A stretch of 64,000 nucleotides of DNA, from the NCBI RefSeq assembly GCF_006345805.1, contig NC_043016.1:24242001-24306000 (forward strand). Direction: 5' to 3'. Under the pieces are notes generated by a model. That model was not told the DNA's origin. It searched no databases and was given only the letters and a program-made list of their open reading frames with translations. This document shows positions 38,668-52,855 of this stretch, piece by piece. Positions within the stretch are counted from its first letter, which is position 1; each line of letters opens with the position of its first letter. Origin of the DNA: Octopus sinensis (taxonomy: Eukaryota). Position numbers and translations under genes: made by a program.

Positions 38668-39317
38668 AACCTTTCGGTTATATTTCTGACCAAAATACAC
38701 CCCTATGTGTTTCAATTAATTTCTAATCATCATAAATTTAGTCTGGTTTCATTAAAACAACAATAACTTTTTTATTTATCAATATATTAATGTGATTTTG
38801 GAAGATAATTTAATGAAATGTCCTCAACCAATTCTATACTATAATTTTTGTCACAAAGTGACTCTAATTGCAGGTAATACAGGTAAATTCAACAAGATAT
38901 AAAATTATTAAAATTTTGTTCAAACCATCGCTATAGAAAATGGGTTATTAAGCTAATATTCAATTGGGTATACAACAAAATTTTTACGATAGAATTTGTT
39001 ATTCTGGGTAACTTTCTGATACCCATAATATATTTATGGCAAAATAGTCTTAATTTCATTTAAGGTTGTGGGAAATAACAAACTATCCTTTCTTTCGTTT
39101 TGTTTACATTAGCGTAACGATTCGTTTCTGCCGTAATGATTTCAAATAGGCTCATTCGAAAAAGTAAATGAAATAGTTTAAGGCTTTACTCTTCTGGGAA
39201 GTCTGTGGCTTGGTGCAGTTTCTTCAGAAAAATCACGAAAGAACAGTTTTAAAATTTTCACCCATTCAGGTACCAATTCGTTTTCTTTATCGCTGTCGGA
39301 TTCACTGTTTTCACTTT
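38668..39317 (-). mobile_element. Second, truncated copy of the deleted piggyBac element
   Basis: Reverse complement of about 9895-10560 with the same internal deletion junction. Confidence 0.85.
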
Positions 39318-39389
39318 AATAGGCTGCAGAAACAACTTGCAAGACAAAGGAGGAGAAGGGTGATGCGTCAGTGAAACAGTTCGCTCCCT

Positions 39390-39634
39390 TTGTGTGTGTG
39401 TGCGTTTGCGTGTGGTGTAAACCCATTAAGAAAAGCATTTGACATACACACCAGAATGTGAGTTTTCCGTAAATTTTGCTTAATTGGAGTTTAAATTTTA
39501 AAACTGGACCTGGCATGACCCGATGCTTCTACTCTTAAAAATGCTAGGTAAATTGTAATTGAAGAAATCCTATATTGTAGATTTCTATAACTTACAAAGG
39601 GAGGCAGATAAAATCTGCCTTTTATAATAAGCGA
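39390..39634 (-). mobile_element. Repeat with Helitron-like 5' end (family H2)
   Basis: Near-identical to 41415-41655; on - begins TC.CTTATTATAAAAGGCAGATTTTATCTGCCT (hairpin). Confidence 0.6.
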
Positions 39635-40267
39635 CTAGCAGTATCGCCCGGCGTTGCTCGGGTTTGTAAGGGAAATAACTATATAAGCATTTTTAGAGAG
39701 TTATAGCCAAAAAATAGCAAAAAATACATTAAAAATGGAAAAATATGATGGTAAATTTTTTTTTAAATCGTTGACTCATCGTATCGTAGACATTTTTAGA
39801 GAGTTTACTTCACTTATATAATAGCGAAAAAATGCATTAAAATGAAAAAAACGATGGTAAATTTTTTTTAAATCGTAGACTCATGTAGACGCTTTCTTAG
39901 CCATTTCTGTTTTGGTGTCTTCAAGCCATGAGGTCGTTCTAAAAGAACGCTGGTCTCCTTGACAACGCAGTACGACGTTGATTTCCTTAAACTCCCTTCC
40001 CCACAGGTGCAGGTGTGAGCGTGGAGCCAACTCCGCCGCCATCGACACACGAAAAATGATGCTTAAAATGAATAAAAAATGATGTTAAATTATTTTTAAA
40101 ATCGTAGACTCAACGTTGACGCGCGCTAATAGTCAGACGGGCTCGATATGAATCACGACTATAAGCTACCCGAATTTGGTTAAACTGCACCGCAAAATGT
40201 GTGAGTAGTGAGGAATCTAAATCGAAGGGGACAGACACTCACACAACTACAGTTTTATATGTATAGA
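39635..40267 (-). mobile_element. Helitron H1 with an extra internal segment of about 160 bp
   Basis: TC...CTAG ends and 3' hairpin; 39890-40050 is absent from the other two copies. Confidence 0.85.
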
Positions 40268-40299
40268 TATACATAGCGCAGTAGTGGTGAGATGTGACA

Positions 40300-40800
40300 G
40301 CAAAGAAAGCATACATTCACCCTCTGCATGCAATTAGACTCGGAGTTCGTGAGGGACCCATTGACCCCATTTGCTGACTTTTCCGATGCACCACAGGTCT
40401 CAATGAATGTTGAATGACCAAATCCAAGCTTCTCTGCTAGTTCCTCAACAGTTACGATGAGATTTTGTTCCACCAGGGTTTTCAGGATGTCCTTGTCGAG
40501 TTCTACAGATCTTTCAGGATGAGGCTCGTCTTCTAGGCTGTAGTTTATGGCTCGGATTTTCTGGAACCACCCATTGACACTGCCTTACGCTTATTGTCCA
40601 ATCCCCATATACTGCATTAATATTTCTTGTACTTTCCGTTGCGTTGTTGTCTTTATTGAACTCATAAAGCAAAATATGCCAAATATGCTCCTTTGTTACT
40701 TCCAATATAGCTTTGAAAAAAATAGCTGTTAAAATCGAAATGCACTCTTCAAAACTTGCACTATGAATAAGGACAAGATAAAATTACTACACTGCTTTTA
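40300..40800 (-). mobile_element. Mariner transposase N-terminal fragment
   Basis: MEVTKEHIWHILLYEF...INAVYG, TVEELAEKLG, GQWVPHEL. Confidence 0.85.
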
Positions 40801-41414
40801 TAGCATTATTATATATATATACATACATACATACATACATACATATACACACACACTCTCTCTCTCACACACATGCACACATTTATATTCTGTTATTGTT
40901 TTATACGTTTCAGCCTTGAGGTGTGGCCATGCTGGATTGTTGTGTGTGTGTGGTGTCTATCTGTCTGTCTCTCTGTATGTATATATGTATATGTATGAAC
41001 AATAATATTTTCAACAGATGTGTTGCAGATGTTCTGATTGTTCTCAAGCTTCAATACTGTGTGTTGTGTGGTATGTGTGTGTGTGTGGTGGTATGTATGT
41101 ATGTATATGTATGTATGTATGTATATGTATGTATGTATGTATGTGTGTATGTATGTAGTGTGTTGTATGTATGTATGTGTGTGTGTATGTGTGTGTATGT
41201 ATGTTTGTATATGTATGTATGTATGTATGTATGAGTGTATGTTTACTTTATTACTCTCTGGCTATTTACTTCTCTTCCAAGAACATTTTCACTCACTCTT
41301 ATGTGTTAGCTTCCCATACATTTTACTCATGTATCTATCAGCGTCATAGTCGTCATCGCATTCTATTGTCTACCTGTCAAACACTGAATTAGTTTAACTT
41401 AATTCGTAGCACAC

Positions 41415-41655
41415 TGTGTGTGTGCGTTTGCGTGTGGTGTAAACCAGACTAAGAAAAGCATTTGACACACACACCAGAATGTGAGTTTTCTGTAAATTTT
41501 GCTTAATTGGAGTTTAAATTTTAAAACTGGACCTGGCATGACGCGATGCATTGTACTTTTTAAAACTGCTAGGTAAATGTAATTGAAGAAATCCTATTGT
41601 AGATTTGTATAACTCCCAAAGGGAGGAAGATAAAATCTGCCTTTTATAATAAGAG
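41415..41655 (-). mobile_element. Family H2 copy
   Basis: Matches 39390-39634. Confidence 0.6.
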
Positions 41656-42825
41656 ATAACAGCACACCTCTTCATTTCTTGAGTAAGCCAAGGATCTGCT
41701 ATTATTATTTTCTGAAGCAAAATTTATACAGAGTTAGCAAAAAATGCAGCAATGACTCCAAAGAGGTATGTCCTCAAATACCTTACACACGCTGTATATA
41801 TATATATATATATATCATCATCATCATCGTTTAACGTCTGTTTTCCATGCTAGCATGGGTTGGACAGTTCGACCGGGGTCTGGGAAGCCAGGAGGCTGCA
41901 CCAGGCTCCAGTCTGATCAGATATGGTATCTACAGCTGGATGCCCTTCCTAAAGCCAACCACTCCGTGAGTGTAGTGGGTGCTTTTTACATGCCACTGGC
42001 ACAGGTGCCAGGAGAGGCTGGCAGCGGCCACGATTGGTTGGTACTTTTTACGTGCCACTGGCACAGAAGCCAGTCAAGGTGGTGCTGGCATCGGCCACAT
42101 TCAGATGGTGCTTTTTACATGCCAAGATATATATATATATAGTCAACAGATGAGATCCAAAGGTGAGCAGATATGAAAACAATGATGCAAATGAACAAAT
42201 AAAACTGCTTGGGTTTGTCATAGAAAATATACATACATGTAAATAGATAGAAAGTAAAGATTGAAAATTTTCACACAATAAATATTCTAGTATAAAAATA
42301 TAGGTATTTATATATTAATGGAGTGAACTTATACAGAGTACAAAAGACACAGAAAATTAAAGGGAAGAAGGCATTGTATTACAAGTCTGACAGTTGCGTC
42401 TGGGGGCTCAGAGTTACTTCATAATGTTGGCAGATGTAGTTCCCCAGAATATGAAACCATATCCTCTGCATCATGATCTGAAATATCGGATCTTTATCTC
42501 TCCACCCTGATTATGGAGGCTGGATCTATCCAATGTTTATTTGCTTCCCTTATTGGTTGCATATTCTGGTGAATTACATTATTTATTTTATATATACATA
42601 TTATATGTGACAGGAAAGGTATTTGGCTGTAAAACTGTGCTTTGATAATATATTAAACTAAGCTACTCTAGCGTGGAAAAATAGAAGTAAGGAGCAAATG
42701 AAAATTATAAAATTCATTCTGACAAACTTCAAATTCTTATTGAACTTCCATTATTGAGTCTCCCCATAAGCAAAAGTTCTATTGTTACCATTAAACGTTT
42801 TAAAATAGTAGTCTTAAATTAACAT

Positions 42826-42856
<31 letters not shown>

Positions 42857-43281
42857 TACACAAGCACATTTATCAATCATCTATGAACATACATGGATAG
42901 TTTGACAGAATTTGAGGGTTCCAAGGCTTGTATTGTTCTCCACTTTACAGCATGTACAAGGTATATTTTTCATGGCACCAGCACTAGTGAGGTTGCCGTG
43001 TATTCAGAAAGAGTAGGGTCCCCTCTGGTTGAGAGGAGGTCTGCAATAGAGAGGAAAACAGCATTATTATAGGAAATAAGGCTAGAATAGAAGAGACTCC
43101 TTGCTGTTCAGGAGCTACATGGCTTTTCACATTATAGAAGAGTAGGTTAAAGTAACTGGAATGAAGCTAAAGAGAGAGATAATTTGTATTATGTATGAGA
43201 AAAAGGAGAGGAGTATGCCTCATTGCCAAATTAAACAAAATATGGAGAATTTTATTGCAGGGTGTATGTGTGTGTGTGTGT

Positions 43282-43600
43282 GGAGGCGCAATGGCCCAGT
43301 GGTTAGGGCAGCGGACTCATGGTCATAGGATCGCGGTTTCGATTCCCAGACCGGGCGTTGTGAGTGTTTATTGAGCGAAAAAAACACCTAAGGCTCCACG
43401 AGGCTATCTGTTTCTGTTGTACCTGTATTTAAGGGGCCGGCCTTGTCACTCTCTGTTCACGCTGAATATCCCCGAGAACTACGTTAAGGGTACACGTGTA
43501 TGTGGAGTGCTCAGCCACTTACACTTAATTTCACGAGCAGGCTGTTTCCGTTGATTCAGATCAACCGGAACCCTCGTCGTCGAAACCGACGGAGTGCTTC
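43282..43600 (+). mobile_element. tRNA-derived SINE (family C)
   Basis: A box TGGCCCAGTGG, B box GGTTTCGATTCC; 3' part shared with 55905-56220 (-) and 56250-56420 (+). Confidence 0.8.
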
Positions 43601-43671
43601 CATCATCCATCATGTGTGTGTGTGTAATCATACATAATATACACAATATATATATATATATATATATATAC

Positions 43672-43832
43672 TTATTTAAAGCAGCAGAAAATTCAACAAA
43701 ACCTGTTACTCTGAGTTTCACGTTCCCGTTCGTCGGACAGTTTTTGCTAGATTCTAGCAAAAACTGTCCGACGAACGGGAATGTGAAATTCAGAGTAACA
43801 GATTTTGTTGAATTTTCTGCTGCTTTAAATAA
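43672..43832. repeat. Near-perfect 161-bp palindrome; each arm holds a minimal type I hammerhead-like motif
   Basis: Arms of about 80 bp with 3 mismatches, centre CTAGATTCTAG; motif CTGT-CCGACGA-ACG-GGAA-CGT-GAAA-CTC-A-GAG-TA-ACAG. Confidence 0.85.
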
Positions 43833-43924
43833 AGCATATTACTCTACCACTGGTATTTGAGTACTCTTTTTTTGCACCTTGTTTTACATTTATGTGTTTA
43901 CTCGGGTATATATATATATATTAT

Positions 43925-43978
<54 letters not shown>

Positions 43979-45136
43979 CATAATATACACAATATACATA
44001 ATATAGAAAGAGCAATACTTATATTTTTAGTTTCCACTTTTTCTTTCCATGTATATGTGATTGTAGAGGTGTCTGAATGAAGGAAGAGACATGGAAACAA
44101 TTTAAATGACCTAATTATTTTTTAATATGAGATTAATGAGCAGCAGGACTAAATTCCTTTCCTTTATAAAAATTACAGTTATTGGTGTGTTAGGTGTGGT
44201 GGTGGTGGGGGCGAGAATAATTTGGAACTTTAGGATAAATAAAATGGAAAAAGAGAATGGCATATTTGAGATTTCTTAGTAGTGGCTCCCACCACCGTCA
44301 CTGCCACTATAATTATCATCAACATCCTCATCACCATTATCATTATCACTAAAGATCATCATCATCACTATCAACACCATCATGATTGTCAAATCAGCAA
44401 CACTATCACCACCTGCACCACCATCTTATCTTCATCATCATCATCCTCATCATCATCATCATCACTTTTCTTCTTTTAGCATGTAGTTTTCCATGTTGAT
44501 ATGGATTGTGTGTGTGTGAAAGAGAGAGAGAGAGAGATATCAACAGTATATCTCCCTGACTGTGTAGAAGCTTACTTATATTTGAACAAAATGTTTTTTT
44601 TTTCTTTTGTATGGACTGCAACTAGTCAGAAGAGGATGAAAACAGTCGAAGTTGTGAGTACATATGTGTGAATGTAAATCCATGTGCTTGTATGCTTGTG
44701 TATGTAAGTGAGTATCAGAGCATCAGTACAAGTGTATGAATTCTTGTGTGTGTGTGTGTGTGTAAGAAATTTCCAATTAGAATTATTTAATTCTCTCTCT
44801 GAAGAATTTCTAATAGGAAATTTCTTACATGTCATGTTTATCCAACATGTTCAGTTTTGTGACTCCTATTAGCAAATGAAACATGTGTAATGCTGAGTAA
44901 ATGATACCAACAAATTTTCCAGATTCCTGTTTTGTTTATGTATATATAATCCGTTGAACAAATTTTCCAGATACCTGTTTTGCTGATATATATATTATAA
45001 TAATAATAACAATAATAATAATATTAGGGTGTATAATGTTATATGTTTTATAATATATTTTATTTTTTCTTTATGATTTGGTTTATGTCTATCATTGTTT
45101 GAATTGCATAATAGTGGTTTTTCTCTAATTTATATA

Positions 45137-45172
<36 letters not shown>

Positions 45173-45190
45173 TGTATGCATGTATAAATT

Positions 45191-46420
45191 GAAGGGCCTT
45201 AGAGTCAATCTAGCAAAAACCAAAGTCTTAATAAGTAGGAAGGCAAACCATAAATCCCTTCAGGTAGATGGCCCTGCTCGATCTGTAGAAAAGGCATAGG
45301 TAGAAACTCCATAAGATGTACCCCGTGTAAGCTATGGACGCATAAAAGTTGCAACAATATCAAAGAAAGGCCAACTGGGAAGATAGTTTTTGTGTGTGGC
45401 AAATGCTCAGGGGCAATAAACACTGAAAATGTGTAGAAAACAGCTTCCATAACATTCTAGGGGGAAAAATTACAAGTAATTGATAGCTTCCATTACCTAG
45501 GTGTAGATGAGAGTGTAGCTGCTAGAATAAGAATAGCCTGGACAAAGTTCAGAGAGCTCCTACCTCTGCTGGTGACAAAGGGGCCTCTTGCTCAGAGTAA
45601 AAGATTGACTATATGATGCATGTGTGCGAACAGCCATGCTACTTGGCATTGAAACATGGACCATGACTGCTGAAGAATGAGGCTAGTATGCTCTGCTGGA
45701 TGTGTAATGTCAGTGTGCATACACGACAGAGTGTAAGCACCCTGAGAAAAAAGCTGAACGTAAGAAGCATCACATGTGTGCAAGAGAGAACACTGCGCTG
45801 GTATGGTCGTGTTGTGTTTGGATGAAGGCAGCTGTGTGAAAAAGTGTCACACCGTAGCAGTAGAGGAAGCTTGTAGAAGAGGTAGGCCCAGGAAGACCTG
45901 GGATGAGGTGATGAAAAACAACCTTTGAATGTTGGGCTTCACGGAGGTGATGACAAGTGACCAAGACCTTTGGTTATATGCTGTACTTGAGAAGACCTGG
46001 CAAGCCAAGTGAGTCTGTAACTGTGGCCTATGCCAGTGGTATATAACCAGCCCGTTTAAGAGTACCCTTCAATCATTGGGCAATAAACTGTGCTTGTGAA
46101 GACCTGTTGAGTTAAGTGAAGTCATTGTCATGGCCAATGACAGTACAGCCTGATTGGCACCTGTGCTGGTGGCATATGAAAAGTACCATTCGAGCATAGT
46201 CAGTGGTACATAAGAAACACTATTCTCCTTTGATCATTGCCAGTGCTGCCTGACTGTCTCCCATGCCGGTGGCATGTAAAAAGCACCATTTGAGCATGGT
46301 CATTGCCAGTGGTGCTTCACTGGCTCATGTGCTGGTGGCACATAAAAAGCACCCACTACACTCTCAGAGTGGTTGGTGTCAGGAAGGGCATCCAGCTGTA
46401 GAAACATTGCTAGATCGGAT
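45191..46420 (+). mobile_element. RTE LINE 3' portion, decayed
   Basis: Reverse complement of 890-2237 and 20521-21365. Confidence 0.9.
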
Positions 46421-46641
46421 ATATATATATATATGCCTCTCTCTCTCAATATATGTGTGTGTGTGTGTGTGTGCACGCATGCAATTGTGTGTGTGAATAG
46501 ACATGATTGCTAGACACCTTAGTTATTAAAAAAGCTGTAATTTGTCCAATATGCACTCAACTGTTGCTGTAAGATTTATAAATCCCTAATCGTATTTTCA
46601 GATTTAAACGTACACTAAACAATTTCAAGATGAATTGTTTT

Positions 46642-46676
<35 letters not shown>

Positions 46677-48779
46677 TCATTTATGCATAACAAATTGACT
46701 GCTGGGGAAAAAATCCTAACATCAGGCTACATCAAGTAACCTTAGATGCCACAAACCTTCCTAGTTCTTTCTAGATTTGCTAATTCAGATTTTATGCAAC
46801 TATAAAATCTGTTGAATATCTAAGTAACAATACTGCCTAATTATTTACAACTTTCACTAGATTTGGACTGTTCAGTTTTGACTTCAATAACTTCCTCACC
46901 TTTCTAATATACTCCTTCTCAGTTTTCGCTTTCAGTGCCAAAGTTAGTACTGCAAAAACAAATAATAAAAATATTAACACTCACATAAACAAACAAATAG
47001 CAGAAAATGGTAAAAAAAAAAACATTTCAGAAACATTTTTTCATGCTCAGAATCATCAAAGCTTTGAAATAAACAACCTGGATCAGTTGTAAGGCACCAG
47101 GGCACTGCATCCTTAACCCTTTTGTTACTGTATTTATTTTGAGATGTTCTGTGTTTCTCTTAATTATTTTAGATATAACGAAGAATTTAGTAAAATAATT
47201 TAGTTATCATTTAGCTAGTGTTAGGAACATTAATTGTGACTAAGGTTTGCGCAAAACTGGAGAGGACATGAAATGTAAAAACCAGACTGGATTAGTTTAT
47301 GTGCAACTCCATTGTCTTCCGAGACAAAAGGATGCCAACAACTGTACTGTACTACCCTTCAGCTGATAGTCTGTACTGTACTAACCATAGTCTGTACTGT
47401 ACTGTATTAACCATAGTCTGTACTGTACTAACCATAACCGATAGTCTGTGCACCAGTAGACATTTCTACTGAGGCATATTATTGCCTCACAACCTAACTA
47501 AAAATAAATGGAATTACACATGCTTAACTTGTGATTTTGTTCCACAACAAAGTCCCCTTGCCTTACATCTTCCTACAATCAATAAAACTAATATAATCTT
47601 TTCATAACTTAATTGAAGAAATAGTATATTTTTTTTTATATTGCTATTACCGAAAGGCAGCAAGCTGAGAAAAAGACTAAATACATATGACATTAGCAAT
47701 TTTTAGCTATACATGATTAACTTCTGATTTTGTGTCACAATAAAGTCATCTTGCCTGACATCCTCCTGCAGTTGGTAAAATTAGTATGATTATCTATATC
47801 CATCTCTAAAATTTTGTAATCTTTTGTCGATGTCAGAAATCAATGTAATTCTCATTGTACAAATATGAAACTGTCAAAGATCTGCCAAAATCAACTAAAT
47901 TCTTTAAAAAAAATCTTATTTTTTTACAGCCCTTGAGTACAATATGATCATTTTGGATTGACCCTCACTACTGTACTCTCCTATAGTACATTGTAATAAC
48001 CATAGGTAAACTGTTACTACTATATTGTCCTTCAATACAATGTCATAACCATGGATAAGTTCCTCACTGTACTTCTCCACTCAAGATGTTTCGGCTTCTG
48101 TGCCAATGGCACATAAAAAGCACCAACCGATTGTGGCCGCTGCCAGCTTCCCCTGGCACGTAAAAAACACCCACTACATTCATGGAGTGGTTGGTGTTAG
48201 GAAGGGCATTCAGCTGCAGAAACACTGCCAGATCAGACTGGAGCCTAGTGCAGCCTCCTGGCTTCCCAGACCCCAGTCGAACCGTCCAACCCGGGCTAGC
48301 ACGGAAAACAGACGTTAAACGATGATGATGATGACATTTACCCAAATGTTAGACAGTGGGTAACAATCTTAATCACTACTACAGTGCATTATTACCCTGC
48401 CCTGCTTGACTCTCTGCTGGGTTCAGCTGTTTTCATTTTACAATATCAAGTATGGATCTCTGTCCAGGGTTACAAATCCCAAACTATGGCTAAATGATCT
48501 GCTTCATAAGACAAAGGCTAGGGAGTGAACACTGTAATAAATCCAGAATGTAATCCTTTAAGTGGTCTGGTGTCTGACTTAATGCTATTCTGACAATTCC
48601 TGCAGCAGAACTAACACTAAAAGTATTACACTGCAATACCTTTGGAAAACACTAGTGGTGCTGAGAAGGTAACTTCTGGGATCTGAATAATCTAAGCATG
48701 CACCTAGTGGTCACTTCAATCAGTGACTGACCTGTGACATAAAACTTCGTTGACTTTTGAGAGAGAGAGAGAAAGTGAG

Positions 48780-48795
48780 TGAGATAGATAGATAT

Positions 48796-48832
<37 letters not shown>

Positions 48833-48854
48833 AGACAGATAGATAGATAGATGA

Positions 48855-48894
<40 letters not shown>

Positions 48895-48942
48895 TAGATA
48901 GATAGATAGATGGTAGATAGATAGATAGATAGATAGATAGAT

Positions 48943-48990
<48 letters not shown>

Positions 48991-49032
48991 GTAGTTAGGT
49001 AGGTAGATAGGTAGGTAGATAGAGAGAGAGAG
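48780..49032. repeat. (GATA)n/(GACA)n microsatellite
   Basis: Direct reading. Confidence 0.95.
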
Positions 49033-49540
49033 AAAGAGAAAAAAAGACAGAAAAATTGTTTTAAATATCAACTGATTGACCCTCATTGACATATGATCAC
49101 ATATTTTTTTCAATTATACAAGAGAAATGGAATTGCAGAATAGTAGACTGAAGTTCTTTACTTCTTAACAGGTTCAGCCTTTAAATCACACTGCTGTCAA
49201 CATTTGCTCTGATAAAACAAGCAATAGTTGTTGTTGTTATCTTTGTTTTTGTTGTTGTTGTTGTTGTTGTTGTTGCTGTTGCTTATCCCCAGATATGAGT
49301 TGACTGGTCAGGCCTATGATCAAACACCTTTGAGCTGTGATTGTCCTGTCTTTTTACACTATCACAAAATGCACTTTTCCATTTTATATGACAATAGGTT
49401 GTAATGTGAGGAAGATTTGGCTGCTATTCCTAGCAATTTTAATGACTACATTGATATCCTGTCACTGACATGTTCAAATCATATACTCAGGTTGATTCAA
49501 TCAGCAGCACCTCTCTCTCTCTCTCTCGCTTCTCTCTCTC

Positions 49541-49588
<48 letters not shown>

Positions 49589-50056
49589 CACACTCAGTTC
49601 CCTTTACAAAAGTGTGACCTAGTGATCTTGTGAGAAATCAATATTTTATTTAGTAATCAATTAATGCTTACCATTCATGTAAAAAATTAAAATAATTTTT
49701 ATTTATAATTTTCCTTTTTTTTCTTTTGGTGTATTCATTCCATTTTTCATTTGCTTTCTTTACTCTTGATATTTTGGCAAAATATGTTATCAATTATAAT
49801 TATATTTAACTGGATCTTGTCATTAAATTCCATTCTATCTAATTTTGAAAATTTTGAAAAGTACAGGAAACCAATTGAGGTCTTGTCCATATGACGGTGG
49901 CAGTAATGGTGGTGGCAGCTTTTGTTTTTAAATAGTGCTCCATTTTGTTGAACTAGTGTTCTTTTAACAATCCTTAACTATTTTCACAATTGGATGACAG
50001 ATGGAATCAGTAAAGCCAATGTAGAAACTAAATAATTAGACTCATATGCCATGTAC

Positions 50057-50095
<39 letters not shown>

Positions 50096-50122
50096 ATATA
50101 TATATATAATATATAAATTATA

Positions 50123-50163
<41 letters not shown>

Positions 50164-50819
50164 CATATATAATATATTGTGTACTCTTCCATGATGGTAA
50201 GATTAACAGAAAAGTACTTCATCTGGTGAGAGATAAATATTATTAATAACCACAATAATGTTTTTGTGTGCTACTGTTAGTTTAATGTAATGAGAGCATG
50301 CCAGACATTTTTTTAACTGCATCTGGTGTCCTAAGCACAGTCTTAAACTCTGTGGTGCATTCAATTTGGAGAGGGAGAGGGTGGCACTTTACAATTTGTC
50401 AACAGAAACTTAGCCAAATGCTTACAACCACTGAAAATTTAGGATCTAGAATTCAGCAGTGTATTAGAGCTCTTAGATCTGAAAAGGATCTGTGTTCTTG
50501 CTGCATATATCATGGATTTAATCAAACATCCCTAGTCAAGTGGGCAAGTTCCTGGGTCTCAACAGATACAACTGGGAGTGGGCTCTTGGTGTTGTTCTAA
50601 TGTAATGATGATTTTCATATTGGAGCAGAGGGATATATTATCTGAGCAGATACTGTGGTTGCTCTCAGTTATGTTGCAGGTTACAGCTAACTGCATTGAT
50701 TAGTATTTAATGTCTATGATTACTAAGAGTTGTCACTCATGCAGTAAATTCCTCTAATAGGTAATTCTGTGTTCACTTCACTGGGTAGTAATTTTATCTG
50801 GAGTGAACAGGTTGCAGTG

Positions 50820-51400
50820 AATAAACTATCGTCTAAATTACGCAGAAAAGAAAATAACACTGACATCTCGTTTTAACAGATATATTTACCAAAATTGCAT
50901 AAAAATATCTTGAAATACTAAAGAGTAAATTTAATCAATAAAATCGCCATTGGCTTCAATCATGGCCTCCAGACGACTTTGGAATCTCCTGCAACTCTTA
51001 TGGATGGTCTCCTTGTTTAAGTTGGTGAGTGCTGCCATAATCCTTGCCTTCAGTTCATCTTTGGTTTTACAAGGAGTTTTGTTGGTCTCTCACTCAACTG
51101 TGCCCCACACATAATAATCAAGGGGGTTGCAGTCTGGGGAGTTCGGTGGTCAGATGTTATGGGTGGTGTGGTCACAGAAAATGTCTGACAGTCATGACAG
51201 GTTTCTCCTGTTTATTTGGCATGGTGCAGAGTCCTGTTGCTAGACATAGGGTCCTCCAGCAGCCACCCTTTTGATCTAGAGCAGCACTACCTCCTCCAGG
51301 CACTTGATGTAAGCCACCGTGTTGAGTCTGAGGTCATATGAGAAGACAAATGGAGACATAATGTCGCCATCACTAGTGATCATGCCAAACACCATGATGT
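50820..51400 (-). mobile_element. Tc1/mariner-superfamily C-terminal fragment
   Basis: PNSPDCNPLDYYVWGTVE on - strand. Confidence 0.7.
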
Positions 51401-52154
51401 TTGATTTTTATCAGTCTCGGTAGAATTTGAACTCAGAATATGAAGACAAACAGAATACTGCAAAGCATTTCACCCAGCAAGCTAACAATTCTGCCAGCTT
51501 GCCACCTTAATAAACATAAAAATTAAAATGATGATGATGATGACGACGACGACGAAGAAGAAGAAGAAGAAGAAGATATTAGATAGTTGAAAAGAACAGA
51601 TAGCATGGTACCATAGGCTACAGGTAGCGACCCTGCTAAGCATGCAAGACTCCATATGGCCTATCCAGTGAGTTTCTTTGCCCTAGGAATCGGAAAGACA
51701 CTTAGCAAAAAATGGAAATATAATTGAAAGAAGAAGAAAAACAAATGATAATAATACTAATAAAAGTATATAGAATGAATGAGATGAAACAATAGCACAC
51801 ATTGTTGCAAAATATCTCAAGTTGGCTCAGGGAGAATATAAGAAATGGAGTTATGATGAAGTTATGTAAATTTTGCACTGGAAGCTTTATCAGAAATGGA
51901 GATTTGAAACTGTACCAGTAATAATTAGACTGGGAAAATGGCTGTAGGTGATTGGAAAGGAATGTCCTGTAAAGCTTCTACAGAAAATTTGCTTCTTAGC
52001 AACAGGAAAGTGTTTCAAGCATTTGAAAGATTATTGAAATCTTGTGGATGTCTAAAGTTGCAGGTACTCACAAGTTACCGGCTACCCACATAAATTCTAC
52101 CTGGAATAAGACCAAACATGAGTCAAGTTGAATAATAATAATAATTGTAATAAT

Positions 52155-52588
52155 CCTTTCTATTACAGACACAAGGCCTGAAATTTATGGGGAGGGTGTA
52201 AATTGATCACATCAACCTCAGTACACAACTGGTACCTATTTTATCAACCCTGAAAGGATGAATGACAAAATCAACTCTGGCAGCATTTGAACACAGAATA
52301 TAGATAAAGAAAATGCCTCTAGGTATTTTTTTTAGTGTGATAACGATTCTGCCAGCTTACTGCCTTTAGTTCTGCCTTTAGTTTCAAATTTTAGCACAAG
52401 GCCAGCAATCTCGGGGGAGAAATTAAGTCAATTTCATTCACTTCAGTAGTCAACTGGTACTTATTTTATCAGCCCCAAAAGGATGAAAAGCAAAGTCAAC
52501 TTTGGCAGAATTTGGGCCCAGAGTGTAAAGATGGATGAAATTCCACCAAACATTTTGCCTGGTATGCTAATGATTCTGACAGCTCACC

Positions 52589-52640
<52 letters not shown>

Positions 52641-52855
52641 TAATAATCGTTTCTACTGAAGGTACAAGGCCAGAAATTTACAGTGGAAGGGTAGTAGTTG
52701 ATTACATCAACCCCACTGTTTCACTGGTACTTAATTTATCAATTCCAAAAGGATGAAATGCAAAGTCGACCCCAGTGGAATTTGAACTCAGAAAGTAAAG
52801 ACATGAAATGCTGCTGAGCATTTTACCAGGCATGCTAACATTTCTGCCATCTTGA
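52155..52855 (-). mobile_element. Three tandem SINE family B copies
   Basis: Each has CTGGTAC.TA.TTTATC...AAAGGATGAA...AA.TC.AC. Confidence 0.8.

Noticed and set aside
43282-43360. tRNA gene
   Set aside because: A and B boxes are present but there is no complete cloverleaf, and it continues into a repeated SINE body.
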